A stretch of 64,000 bases of DNA from a virus (lineage: Duplodnaviria > Caudoviricetes), in IMG/VR virus record IMGVR_UViG_3300028833_000111, positions 1 through 64,000 of that record; one strand, 5' to 3'. Below are positions 11,001 through 18,878 of the stretch, piece after piece. The notes under the pieces were generated by a model. It was given only the letters and a program-made list of their open reading frames with translations. It made no database searches and was not told the DNA's origin. The position numbers were made by a program, and so were the translations under genes. How positions within the stretch are numbered: position 1 is the stretch's first letter; every line of letters begins with the position of its first letter.

Positions 11001-11605
11001 ATGATTATGATGCTCTTTTCAATGATAGTAAATATAAATTACAGCCTTGTGGCGGTAGTGCTTCGTCATCAAATGATTCAGGAAACAACGCAAGCCAATT
11101 AGGAGAAGGAGGAAAAGAAAATGAATCTGGATTTATAGGAAATTGGAATGTAGGATTATTTGTAAAAAGGCTTCATTATTGGGCAGAAAATCACTGCGAA
11201 ACGGAGCATAAAAAGAATCCAAAAAGAGGAAAAAGAGATAAGCCAGGAGGTAGTTGTCATTTATGTACCGGTTCTATTAATAGAGCGTTAGATGATTCTG
11301 GCACAAATAGAAAATATTGGGGTGGAGAACCTTGGGAGGTATATGACAAAATGAAAAAATCCGGAAGCGAATTTACTGAAGTAACTGGTGGAACAAGTTC
11401 TAATAAAAGCGAATTTCCTTTTGGCCAAAAAGTAAATAAGGGAGATATATGTGTCATGTGGCAATCTGGTAGAAAACCTCCAAGGCATAGCTGTGCTTTT
11501 GATGGCTCTGATTGGTATTCTGATTTTAAACAAAATGGAGTATGTAATGTATATAAAGGCCGTAATAATTTTAATTTGGAGTGGCATTTATTCAGGCACA
11601 AATAA
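5048..11605 (+). CDS. Baseplate hub / tail-associated lysin: GH108 lysozyme + PG_binding_3 + C-terminal CHAP/NlpC-like amidase
   Basis: 2185 aa. EGGYSDDKDDKGGCTMKGIT (GH108 EGGY motif, ~10055) and FLKGWLNRL (PG_binding_3). C-terminal CTGSINRAL...GDICV...HSCAFDGSDWYSDFKQ (Cys-His amidase). Hub-like EVTMMG..VQPMMYF.L...PMFRGTYYI..V.H.I segment. Confidence 0.75.
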   Translation: MKRTNLKQVVNNLIYVEPNYINSVDEFDVNGTNTHEFTPPLEDYSLYVNLEVDVRGRTVQTTKTSNSKKLILSFETKTDGKSTINFMQGSKIPIGENGVYLNSLTTNYTDIYLGDLKKIGPSTETFGIQSIDIAYNNFMVPEVTVEFIDVRGVALFAQKEYYETNKKIDEAISSGNDTDIANTFFQCFFTFPYPKFTLMVKGFYGEPVSYELTVADFRARFDSNTGNFACTAKFVGYYFSFLNDVMLNGIIAAPYSDYIGAKYWESQNFQMEGKDGGLVPVPKIGWLLRNIKNIESTAEKMAQSDPVAQEKTQLDQKKDYFTKIENSYNNFVEEINKSIGKKLSESKNVSGDQYKGVNIVARGLTNNGYLSGLVLLSPSENDEEFCDYVDNEDQLKGRYDDFIEELKKYNSEHPNETLPTPNKFYDSEPRQRISNQPNSETKAQMGGSWNDDIKKTHPQVYNKLKIYVNNGNKENKNPLLEYKKAYFYDDNGFSYALEKYKDKNAKETERVEQEIEDLKDKVISEALGFSPTVENMTKIVMAHFETFIRMIFETSKTICNQEPKRTIQSLGINDATGASDVKSPNNFVPPFPKVVKEVRRKGSVIKEEAWVGDYSGDFREKDLVHGIINGIKQISKDVQSYENKEAGSAAGSESSISAISKYPLTPLDMIATENTYASGGFDENEPSSILGLVGLRGVQILGTTNFEDWGEKAETLGEAEACNFLKNNKLNKEMIQKLSLLADNLDSVMSMMYGNETNDIKKPEGGVWPWRLRNDGGIISTSGDLDICRVKYDSFSVPYQNLSWSKIMNEVVNCENGIKAMRSEDYLNTVYIPNVKKKNIFTFDTNVNKFYKIAESQLTGIDGIDYYSKKIIDESKYDSNKYESYLTDEANRVIAYIIENAYAITPSDGSCMLPTSKKAFSDKSFGRGYNMDYFHDKEPGGGGSGTIFRDGWLDKDKKEVVRKGSDGYKKYLEEFNNIDYTFTEFCGVLTNLKPYTETVGSDPETSIFGQQLYYKQSDNRSRALLFLASLGYAIDYKEIIDNFFAKKEKTMAVIPLPGVMFAGALLWSETTEGKQCLNGYNTGWYGLEIKNLNALHRSVKSRLIEIFLNWVSTGVEGNSLLCSFNSIRSGMEIKLIKRPDKYDEFFENIGEVEDEGALGLFGGNSWIKKFDNSYNNIIDFLKGELSDDFFKNYITIDEDVCGSTKNFTRGLRLGVRDGGASSVHACNFALAGCVFSKNSKYFNDESNVGVKVNTSELKRFFKGFLDKVKENKVEDEDTNVQISQAKEPDDSNVDIKIGIYRYCKLLYDKWIAGITEEEFKEKYTMKEFFESDTRYFYFIDAFYNESNFILINIGNYCDEIVNSYRNSQYSLLSFLSSIYAKNKFSIYAINNFLDLSKKENMENMFDIIPYTDRWHIKKHPNFIVVYAYEASSHLADLDNSEYENDGFMINQEQSTTNIWPEPLKAHSEDFSSKYIIPCFGVSYGKMYQSYFKDINISMDSPTVTEQSIKAQFAIACQNNEGDQTGDRSKLFTYGQDLYSIYSNNSYSCEVTMMGCAWVQPMMYFVLNNVPMFRGTYYIIRVSHNITPGNMVTKFTGVRMSNVCTRIARDGGLRAKNNQSGKGETNSENSEALKNNANIDNDCEYKEFPLTNEESNNGASEDLAKKIKKAEGGYSDDKDDKGGCTMKGITIKTYRSYYGNDKTCNDLKNITDEEWNHIFKKGFWDKWRADEIKNKSIANLLVDWLYNSGPKHGIGKPQQILGLHQTYKVTDKEINAINSYSNQRELFNKIWNRRKEFFISIAKGSQKKFLKGWLNRLNEFTFSETYENVQVARNGDKHVSDLSTGFVNALNRTAASSTNNVKIGIDPERSKGDTVYITGGGSGFDTVFDMMLNTYSSKISEITWVIPNGGDQSSTPKEYIVKLKEGSSVTNIKVANESSPNTPINSIHVSKGDDNSGIHTSFCKALVKKYKSNTNELRSDTNNVLDDYDALFNDSKYKLQPCGGSASSSNDSGNNASQLGEGGKENESGFIGNWNVGLFVKRLHYWAENHCETEHKKNPKRGKRDKPGGSCHLCTGSINRALDDSGTNRKYWGGEPWEVYDKMKKSGSEFTEVTGGTSSNKSEFPFGQKVNKGDICVMWQSGRKPPRHSCAFDGSDWYSDFKQNGVCNVYKGRNNFNLEWHLFRHK

Positions 11606-11624
11606 TTTCTTTTTTTAAAAAAAT

Positions 11625-11639
11625 TTTTGTACATTTGCA
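11625..11639 (+). promoter_or_regulatory. Bacteroidota-type -7 promoter element (TACATTTG, 11630-11637)
   Basis: TTTTGTACATTTGCA upstream of ATG 11654; matches TAnnTTTG and recurs at four other sites. Confidence 0.6.
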
Positions 11640-11653
11640 AAAAATACGAATTA

Positions 11654-12247
11654 ATGAAGAAATTAGGATACATAGTAACAGATAAAAAAATCAATAATAT
11701 AAAGGATTTCGTTGAGGTGGTTAATGATATTTCACTAACTGACTCAACGAAACCTGTTTTATTGGTTGGCATCGAAACAGCGAAGAAAAATATTGAGAAT
11801 TTTTCAATATTAAATAAAAAAGTAAATGATAATTTATTTTGGACTTTTAGAAAAACGGAGAAGCGTGTTGACTTTGAGAATGATATAAACTATTTTTATA
11901 ATTATATAATAAATAATATAACTAAAGATATAAAATATTATTATATTAATATATTAAATTTAAAATATAATAAAATAAAAAAATTATATAATATATTATT
12001 TTCCGGTGAAAAAAAATATATTTATATTAGTAATAATATGCTTTATATACTATATAACGGAAGCGTTTTGGGAATCTCAATATTGGTTCTTGAATATATA
12101 AATGTAGATACCAAGAAGTTGTTTAGAAAGTTATATTCAAATGAAAATAATATAATTTGTACTAACGCTTCTGATTGCGTTAAAAGTATTAAGGCTGAAA
12201 TAGGAAATAAAAAATACGTAGTTCCGTATTTTATGTCAATACTTTAA
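11654..12247 (+). CDS. Hypothetical protein
   Basis: ORF track 11627..12247; ATG 11654 preferred because the TTG start overlaps the promoter. Extremely AT-rich core. Confidence 0.7.
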   Translation: MKKLGYIVTDKKINNIKDFVEVVNDISLTDSTKPVLLVGIETAKKNIENFSILNKKVNDNLFWTFRKTEKRVDFENDINYFYNYIINNITKDIKYYYINILNLKYNKIKKLYNILFSGEKKYIYISNNMLYILYNGSVLGISILVLEYINVDTKKLFRKLYSNENNIICTNASDCVKSIKAEIGNKKYVVPYFMSIL

Positions 12248-12250
12248 AAA

Positions 12251-12667
12251 ATGATGTCTGTCAAAAAAGGAGTAATAATAGGTACATTTGTAGCAAAAAA
12301 TAGAATACTTTCATTTTTAGAAATGCTAAAGTATAAATTTGGCGTTAAATTAGATAAGGTATTTATCTATTCAATTAATACAAACGAAAAAGAATATCTT
12401 GTTACTTTTAAAACATTTGATAAAGATAAATTTATTAAAAAACTCTCAGGTTCAACCATTATGCATGTCAAGAATGGTTGTTTATTTTCTATTAATGCAT
12501 TAAACAGATTAATAGAAATTGAATATAATTCCAAAGAAGAAAAACCTTATAATGAAGTGGAAATTAACTGGGACTTTTATAAAGATAAACTTATCATTTT
12601 AACTAATGGAAATCTAAATATCAACGATTTATCAAAAATCGAAGATAAGTGCTCTTTTTTTACTTAA
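12251..12667 (+). CDS. Hypothetical phage protein
   Basis: 138-aa ORF in the same operon; no recognisable catalytic motif. Confidence 0.7.
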   Translation: MMSVKKGVIIGTFVAKNRILSFLEMLKYKFGVKLDKVFIYSINTNEKEYLVTFKTFDKDKFIKKLSGSTIMHVKNGCLFSINALNRLIEIEYNSKEEKPYNEVEINWDFYKDKLIILTNGNLNINDLSKIEDKCSFFT

Positions 12668-12672
12668 AATGA

Positions 12673-12680
12673 TATTTATA
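12673..12680 (+). promoter_or_regulatory. Putative late promoter TATTTATA
   Basis: Exact TATTTATA 17 nt before ATG 12698; the same octamer precedes the neck, fibre and minus-operon genes. Confidence 0.5.
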
Positions 12681-12697
12681 TATAAATTAGTAATATT

Positions 12698-12943
12698 ATG
12701 GCATTTATAATTAAACATTCACAGGATGTAAAGCCACAGAAGAGACATGTGGAATACAAACAGGAAGAAAATAAAAAAGAAATAGTTAACGTTATGGATA
12801 AAATTTCAATGGCTGAAGCAATTATTAATAATGAACCAGTAAAACAGATTAAGAGAATTAAGAAAGACAAAGGTCTTATTGAGAGAACAGAAAGTTCAAA
12901 GACAATCTTGACTGAGGATAATAAGCAACTTTTGGTAGATTAA
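12698..12943 (+). CDS. Hypothetical protein (late)
   Basis: 81-aa charged ORF after the TATTTATA motif. Confidence 0.7.
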   Translation: MAFIIKHSQDVKPQKRHVEYKQEENKKEIVNVMDKISMAEAIINNEPVKQIKRIKKDKGLIERTESSKTILTEDNKQLLVD

Positions 12944-12956
12944 TAGAAATTTAGTG

Positions 12957-13817
12957 ATGGCAAACTACAAATATTTAAAAGAGAATAATCTTTTTGAAGC
13001 ACACATGCGTTATATGAGGGCTTTGGGAGAATCATTTGCTCCAATAGAGGAAGCAGACGATGACCCAAATCAGCCTCAAGACCAAATGGGCGCAGGTGGC
13101 GCTCCTGGACAAGACCCAATGGGCGGTGGAATGCCAGACCCAAATGGAGGTATGCCTGGTCCTGATGCAATGGGTGGAGCAGACCAAATGGGAGGAGGAA
13201 TGCCTGGTCCTGATGGTGGTATGCCTGACCCAAATGCTGACCCTAATGCAGCAGCAGGTGGAATGCCTGGACAAGACCCTGCAATGGGAGGCGAAATGCC
13301 TGGTGCTGACCCTATGGCTGGAGGAATGCCTGATGGTTTGGATGAGGAAGAGCCTGAAGAGGAAGATGATGTTATTGATGTTGATGACTTGACAGATGCT
13401 CAGGAGAAGGTTAACGATAAGGTTAATTCAGTTGGAAGAGACTTAGGTAAAGTTGATTCAAGGATTGAGAAACTTATTGGCGCAATTGAAACACTTCAAA
13501 CAATGTTTGATAAGAATAATCAAGAGATTGCAGACCTTAAGACTGAATTTGAAAAGAGAAACCCAACTCAAACAGAAAAACTTAACTTACGCTCTCTAGA
13601 TTCATATCCATTTAAGGTAAAGCCCACAGATTTTTGGAAAGATAAAGCAGAGAATAGCAACTATTCAGCATACGCAGACAACGAAGAGCCAACGACTCAA
13701 GAATATGTCATAACAAATGATGATGTTGACGATTTCACTGAAAGAGAAATTGCAGACACATTTGCAGTTACAGATGATTTAGACCAGAACATCAAGAAAA
13801 TATTTGGACTTTATTAA
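12957..13817 (+). CDS. Acidic low-complexity protein with GGMP(G/D) repeats and coiled coil; possible prohead core/scaffold-type protein
   Basis: Repeats DPMGGGMPDPNGGMPGPD, an acidic tract EEEPEEEDDVIDVDD, then a heptad-like segment. N-terminal LKE/LFE/LGE motifs. Confidence 0.6.
   Translation: MANYKYLKENNLFEAHMRYMRALGESFAPIEEADDDPNQPQDQMGAGGAPGQDPMGGGMPDPNGGMPGPDAMGGADQMGGGMPGPDGGMPDPNADPNAAAGGMPGQDPAMGGEMPGADPMAGGMPDGLDEEEPEEEDDVIDVDDLTDAQEKVNDKVNSVGRDLGKVDSRIEKLIGAIETLQTMFDKNNQEIADLKTEFEKRNPTQTEKLNLRSLDSYPFKVKPTDFWKDKAENSNYSAYADNEEPTTQEYVITNDDVDDFTEREIADTFAVTDDLDQNIKKIFGLY
13065..13340 (+). repeat. Imperfect coding tandem repeat (GGMPG/DP units)
   Basis: Recurring ggaatgcctgg / ggtatgcctg and gaccc units. 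Confidence 0.8.
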
Positions 13818-13820
13818 GTT

Positions 13821-14306
13821 ATGAAAATTATAATCAACGAAAACCAAGTAAAACTTTTAAATGAAGATTTAAGCATACAAGGAGAGGTTTCTTATGAAAT
13901 GAAGGAATCTGTTGCTCTATGGTGCTTAACAAATGATTTTAGGTATTTTATACCAAATAATATTTTTGGTAGAAGGGTTAGTGTTGCTAATAGTGAACCT
14001 ATTAATAAAGAAATATGCACAGATATTATGAATGGAACACTCATTCCAGCAGATGAAGAAAAAGAGTTATTTGGCTATAATGATTATGATGATTTTGAGG
14101 ATGCTGACGATGAGCGTGAAGAGTATATGAACGGAAACACAATATATAAAGTTGAAACAAGCAAAGAAACTTATTATATAGAGGTTTCAAGCAATATCAC
14201 AGAATATTCTGGAGAAATGCTACTTCAAGATTTTGCTGATGGCGAAATTGATGAGCATAGTAATACTTATGAATTAGTCGGATGGTTTTATAAAATATAT
14301 AGATAA
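13821..14306 (+). CDS. Hypothetical acidic protein with N-terminal MKIIINENQVKLLNE leader (putative internal head protein)
   Basis: Leader resembles those of the ORFs starting at 19649 and 23046. Confidence 0.65.
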   Translation: MKIIINENQVKLLNEDLSIQGEVSYEMKESVALWCLTNDFRYFIPNNIFGRRVSVANSEPINKEICTDIMNGTLIPADEEKELFGYNDYDDFEDADDEREEYMNGNTIYKVETSKETYYIEVSSNITEYSGEMLLQDFADGEIDEHSNTYELVGWFYKIYR

Positions 14307-14349
14307 AAATATTTTTTCCCGGCTTAATAAAACCGGGAAAATATTTTTG
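14305..14349 (+). terminator. Intrinsic terminator-like inverted repeat
   Basis: aaaaatattttttcccgg...ccgggaaaatatttttg directly after stop 14306. Confidence 0.75.
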
Positions 14350-14375
14350 TTTTTAACATTTTTTTTGTATATTTG
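14346..14375 (+). promoter_or_regulatory. Bacteroidota-type promoter (TTTG -33 / TATATTTG -7)
   Basis: TTTG 14346-14349, 18-nt spacer, TATATTTG 14368-14375, upstream of SSB. Confidence 0.7.
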
Positions 14376-14425
14376 TATTATAGAATTTAAGTGTCTTGTG
14401 GCACATTTTTAATATTTTTAAATTT

Positions 14426-15415
14426 ATGGCTGAAAAAATTTTAACCGCAAACATTGATGCAGATGCAGTTGCAGAGCAGTACGCAAGAGAGCACGCTACA
14501 ACTACTACAAGTAAGAAAAAGACAGAATTTAACGAGAAAAATTATCTTCAAGCACGTTTAAAGCCTGGAGAAAAAAGCAAATCATTAACAATTAGACTAT
14601 TACCATTCTCCCCTGAAGGTGGTAGCCCTTTCAAAAAAGTTTTTATTCACACAGTTAAGGTCAACAAAGAACTAAGTTCTGGAGGTTGGCGCACTTTCGT
14701 ATGCCCTACGCATAACAAGATGGGTGATAAGTGTCCTTTCTGTGCAGTATCAGCCGAGGCAAAGGAACTCAGATATAACGCAGCAACAGAAGTAGAAAAG
14801 AAGAAGTTTGGCGATATTGAGTATATGAATAAGGCTAAAGCAGCATGGATTGTAAGATGTATCGAAAGAGGACACGAAGAGGATGGAGTTAAGTTCTGGT
14901 TATTTAACGACTCTAAATCTCAGAAGGGTGTATATAATGATATTATGAACATCTATTTTGAGAGAAAGAAAGCAGCAGAGAAGAAAGGAAAGACTAGCAA
15001 CATCTTTGACCTTAATGATGGTAAAGACTTAATCATCAATCTTTCAAAGGATGAGAATGGAAAGACTGTAACAAAGGTTGTTGATGATGATGAAAGAACA
15101 CCATTAACAGAAAGTTATGAGCAAGGAACTGCTTGGATAAACGACCCAAAACAGTGGACTGAGGTTTATACCGTTAAGCCATATGAATATATGGAAATTG
15201 TTGTTAAGGGCGGTGTTCCAGTCTTTGACAAAACTCAAAACAAGTACGTTGATAGTGCTGAAAAGGCAGAAGAGGACAAGAAAGCAGCAGAAGAAGAGTT
15301 GAAAGAGAACTTAACTGAGCATAAAAAGGATTTTTCTGACTTTCCAAAGGAAGAACCAAAAGAGGATAACTTTGGCGGCGTAATAATTGATGGTGAAGAA
15401 GATTTACCATTCTAG
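14426..15415 (+). CDS. Single-stranded DNA-binding protein (T4 gp32-like)
   Basis: IRLLP...CPTHNKMGDKCPFC zinc motif, G.KFW.F, IFDLNDGKDLII, acidic tail ending EEDLPF. ATG 14426 preferred. Confidence 0.85.
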   Translation: MAEKILTANIDADAVAEQYAREHATTTTSKKKTEFNEKNYLQARLKPGEKSKSLTIRLLPFSPEGGSPFKKVFIHTVKVNKELSSGGWRTFVCPTHNKMGDKCPFCAVSAEAKELRYNAATEVEKKKFGDIEYMNKAKAAWIVRCIERGHEEDGVKFWLFNDSKSQKGVYNDIMNIYFERKKAAEKKGKTSNIFDLNDGKDLIINLSKDENGKTVTKVVDDDERTPLTESYEQGTAWINDPKQWTEVYTVKPYEYMEIVVKGGVPVFDKTQNKYVDSAEKAEEDKKAAEEELKENLTEHKKDFSDFPKEEPKEDNFGGVIIDGEEDLPF

Positions 15416-15431
15416 GAAAATTTAACGTTTA

Positions 15432-16031
15432 ATGTGTAAATTATACTATTATTATGGAGTTATGGGTTCTAGCAAGAGTTTAAGGCTACTTGCTACAGCC
15501 CATGACTTTGATGAAAAAGGTATTCCAATTTTAGTAATTAAACCATCTGCCGATACAAGGGATGGTAAAAATTTAGTAAAGTCAAGAGCAGGTCTTGAGA
15601 GAGAGTGCATTTCAATTGACCCAGACGTTAATATTTTTGATGTGGTTAACGAATACATCAAGATTAGTATGGCAACACAGTCTAGTGGATTAAAATGGAT
15701 TCTGGTGGACGAATGCCAATTCTTAACAGAAGAGCAAGTTGACCAACTTTCTGACATCGTTGACTTTCTTGACATTAATGTTATATGTTATGGTCTGAGA
15801 ACAGACTTTAAATCAAAGTTATTTCCAGCGTCAAAACGACTCTTCGAATTGGCTGATGATATTGAAGAAGTTAAAACATCTTGTAACTGTGGAGAGAGAG
15901 CATCTATAAATGCTAGGTTTAATAAAGATGGCAAAATAATCACAGAAGGAAGCCAAATATTAGTTGGTGGTGATGATTTATATCACGCAATTTGTAGAAG
16001 GGATTGGAAAAAACTAATAAGAGAATCATAG
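15432..16031 (+). CDS. tdk: Thymidine kinase
   Basis: GVMGSSKS P-loop, ILVDECQFL, YGLRTDF, C-terminal CNC...AICR zinc site. Confidence 0.95.
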   Translation: MCKLYYYYGVMGSSKSLRLLATAHDFDEKGIPILVIKPSADTRDGKNLVKSRAGLERECISIDPDVNIFDVVNEYIKISMATQSSGLKWILVDECQFLTEEQVDQLSDIVDFLDINVICYGLRTDFKSKLFPASKRLFELADDIEEVKTSCNCGERASINARFNKDGKIITEGSQILVGGDDLYHAICRRDWKKLIRES

Positions 16032-16041
16032 AGAAATTATA

Positions 16042-17250
16042 ATGGTTATGAAACAAGCAATAAAGAAAAAGGTTTTTACAAAACCTAGTATTGATGAACT
16101 CAAGGCTGAAATGGGATTTGAAACAAAGGTTTCAAAAGAACCAATCAGAATGAGCGAACTTAAAATGTCAAGTGCTGAAAAGGAAACTGAATTTATTATT
16201 CTTCCTAAAGCATTTGAGGATGCACTTAAATTACCTGGAATTCCAAAGGGTTATTTGACAATAGTAACAGGATGGTCAAACACAGGTAAGTCTACTATTA
16301 AAAATTGCCTTATTGCTGCGTGCCAAAGAGAAGGTATAGTTCCTGTAATTTTTGAAACAGAGGGCAACTTTGATTGGAAATATGCAATTGACTGCGGAGT
16401 TGAAGCAGAACCAGTATATGGCCCAGTTGTTGACGATGAAACAGGAGAAATAACTGAGAAGATTGTCAATTATAAAGGATTCTTCTATTTCTTGGATAAT
16501 AAGGCTCTTGCTGAGAAGTATGGTAAGATGGACTATGCAGCAGGAAAAGAAGGTTCAAAACAGAGAAAAGAAGCAGTTCTAGAGGATATTGCTTATTGTA
16601 TTAATGATTTCCTTGACAGACAGGAAGATGGAAGATTCCCTTATCCTATTTGCTTTATTTGGGATAGTATTGGCTCAATACAATCATTTAAATCTTACAC
16701 AAGTAAGACTGGAAATAATATGTTTGATGCTGGCGCTATTTCACAAGCATTTAATAATATTATCAATAACAGAATCCCATCATCAAGAAAGGTTAGTGAA
16801 CCTTACACAAACACATTCTTCTGTGTTAATAAGATATGGAACGATTCAATGAATGGAATGCCTGGCGTGCCTTCTATTGAGTTAAAAGGCGGTAAGACTA
16901 TGTTCTATGGGGCAAGACTAATCATTCACCTTGGAGGCGTTGCAAAGGCTGCTGTGAAAGAATTAAAAGCAACTGCTAAAGGCGAGAATTTCAAATATGG
17001 AATTGTAACTAAGATAAAGACAACAAAGAATCAGTTACCTACTCCATATAATGTTACTTATGAAGGTACAATGTGTTGCGTACATAATGGATTAATTTCA
17101 GAAAGTGACATTGACACATATAAGAAAGAAAATATCAAACTAATTCTTGAAAACCTTGATAAGCAAAGGAAGAAAGATGGAAACGAGTCTGTTTCTGATT
17201 TAACAGAGGCAGATTTGGAATATACTGAGGAAGAAACTTTTGACGAATAA
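16042..17250 (+). CDS. RecA/UvsX-like recombinase
   Basis: GIPKG..TIVTGWSNTGKST Walker A, FETEG, FIWDSIGS Walker B, KGGK. Confidence 0.85.
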   Translation: MVMKQAIKKKVFTKPSIDELKAEMGFETKVSKEPIRMSELKMSSAEKETEFIILPKAFEDALKLPGIPKGYLTIVTGWSNTGKSTIKNCLIAACQREGIVPVIFETEGNFDWKYAIDCGVEAEPVYGPVVDDETGEITEKIVNYKGFFYFLDNKALAEKYGKMDYAAGKEGSKQRKEAVLEDIAYCINDFLDRQEDGRFPYPICFIWDSIGSIQSFKSYTSKTGNNMFDAGAISQAFNNIINNRIPSSRKVSEPYTNTFFCVNKIWNDSMNGMPGVPSIELKGGKTMFYGARLIIHLGGVAKAAVKELKATAKGENFKYGIVTKIKTTKNQLPTPYNVTYEGTMCCVHNGLISESDIDTYKKENIKLILENLDKQRKKDGNESVSDLTEADLEYTEEETFDE

Positions 17251-17258
17251 AACAATAA

Positions 17259-17286
17259 CGGGGTGGCTCTTAATTGAGTTACCCCG
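17259..17286. terminator. Hairpin between convergent recA-like and glycosyltransferase genes
   Basis: cggggtggctc-ttaatt-gagttaccccg; T-rich tail on the minus strand; overlaps the GT stop codon. Confidence 0.6.
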
Positions 17287-18874
17287 GTATGTATATACTA
17301 ATGTCACCTGTTTTACACTTTTTTCTTCTTCTAATAATTTCATCAAAATCAGCCTTTAGTTGCTCTACTGATTTTCGTGGTCTATCAATATTTCTTTTTA
17401 TTGTTGGAGTTTTTTTAAATTTATTATGCATTTTTTTCCATCTGAACCATCTAGATTCACAAGTTTTCTCATTTAGGTAAACAACTTTAACATCGTTATT
17501 TTTCCAACAAACATAATTGAATGATAATTGGTCTCTATGAGAACCATTTTTTATTTCCTCCCACCATTCATCCATTATTTTTATACATTTTTCATCATTG
17601 TGCTTTCTAAAAATGATATTGCTTTGAACTAGTCCATAGTCTTTTGGGAATTTTTCTTCCTTATAGCGTTTTATTTGTGGATTGGTGTTTTGTGAAGTGT
17701 CTTTTTTCATAGAAATCACAGCCCTTTCTTCTGCATATATACATTTTCTTGATGGATGTTTAGGGATTAATATTGATGCATCACTAACATCAACATTTTT
17801 AATAAAATCATTCATTTCTCCAATAATTTCAATATTTCCATCAATCCAAATTGAAATATCATAATCTTTAAGAATTAAATGTGGGTGCGTTTTTACATAT
17901 CTTTGTTTCTTTACCTGACTTAATTCATCTGTTTCTTTTGGTAATGGCATTATTTTCCAAACATCGTTCTGTAAATTAGTATTATCAGTAAAGCATATGT
18001 AATCAAAATCTTCTGAAACAATTTTAGGCGTTAATAAATTATCATAGTCACCAGTTATACAAGTATAAACTACTTTTTTTTTCTTAGAATTTTTTTTAAC
18101 TTCAATTGGCTTCTCTTTTTTAACCTCAGTTTTAAAATCCCATAGATTTTTATGTATTTCTAACCATTTTTCAATACTAATAGGATTATAATTATCATAT
18201 TTTTTGGCACTATCTACCCACGTTGCTGCTTTATAGTGTACAATATACTCATTATAGTTTATTTTCTTCCATTTCAAGCCTTTTCTAATGAATTGTTCAA
18301 AAAAATATGAACCAGTATCATAAGAATCACCATTTGCACTTAGTCCATACATATATTTGTCATTGAAATACCTTATGTTGTATTTTTTGCACAATTTAGT
18401 GTTAATATAACACATATAAGGCACTGCTCTTATCTTTGCTTTTGGATGAGAATCAGGCATTGGGTTTCTTGCTTTCCAAATTTCAGTTCCACCAACAAAA
18501 ACGAACTTTTCATCAATTAATTTTGAAATATCTTTTTTTAATAGTATATCAGAATCTAGAAGAAGAAAATTATCGTTTATAATATCCATACATTTATCAA
18601 TACTATAACAATGTTTAGCAGAACCATAATTGTTTCTAAATGCTGAAGATTTTATCCTATCTGGATATTTTTCAAGCCAAGTGCCAAAATCAATTATCTG
18701 TCCTTTAGTATTGTCAATTATTGTAACGTTGTCAAATTTAGCTGTAAACGGTAACTTATCACTATTATCAAAAATATAGATAATAGCGTCTTTAACGAAA
18801 AAATTAATACTCCTTACCAGACATTCAGTGAGATAAGGAGTATTGTAGTGTACAATAACAATATTTTTATTCAT
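17279..18874 (-). CDS. Two-domain glycosyltransferase (GT-A/GT2-like + DUF616-like)
   Basis: N-domain IVIVHYNTP..L..LVRS...FDNSD...LLLDSDILL (DxD). C-domain VVYTCITGDYDNL...ICFTD...SIWIDGN...HPSRKCIY.E...RDQLSFNYV. ATG 18874 follows the upstream stop at 18879. Confidence 0.8.
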   Translation of the reverse strand: MNKNIVIVHYNTPYLTECLVRSINFFVKDAIIYIFDNSDKLPFTAKFDNVTIIDNTKGQIIDFGTWLEKYPDRIKSSAFRNNYGSAKHCYSIDKCMDIINDNFLLLDSDILLKKDISKLIDEKFVFVGGTEIWKARNPMPDSHPKAKIRAVPYMCYINTKLCKKYNIRYFNDKYMYGLSANGDSYDTGSYFFEQFIRKGLKWKKINYNEYIVHYKAATWVDSAKKYDNYNPISIEKWLEIHKNLWDFKTEVKKEKPIEVKKNSKKKKVVYTCITGDYDNLLTPKIVSEDFDYICFTDNTNLQNDVWKIMPLPKETDELSQVKKQRYVKTHPHLILKDYDISIWIDGNIEIIGEMNDFIKNVDVSDASILIPKHPSRKCIYAEERAVISMKKDTSQNTNPQIKRYKEEKFPKDYGLVQSNIIFRKHNDEKCIKIMDEWWEEIKNGSHRDQLSFNYVCWKNNDVKVVYLNEKTCESRWFRWKKMHNKFKKTPTIKRNIDRPRKSVEQLKADFDEIIRRRKKCKTGDISIYIPG

Positions 18875-18878
18875 ATCA

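Noticed and set aside
13065-13340. Possible CRISPR array or DNA repeat element
   Set aside because: The repeats are in-frame, imperfect and coding, with no constant repeat-spacer structure.
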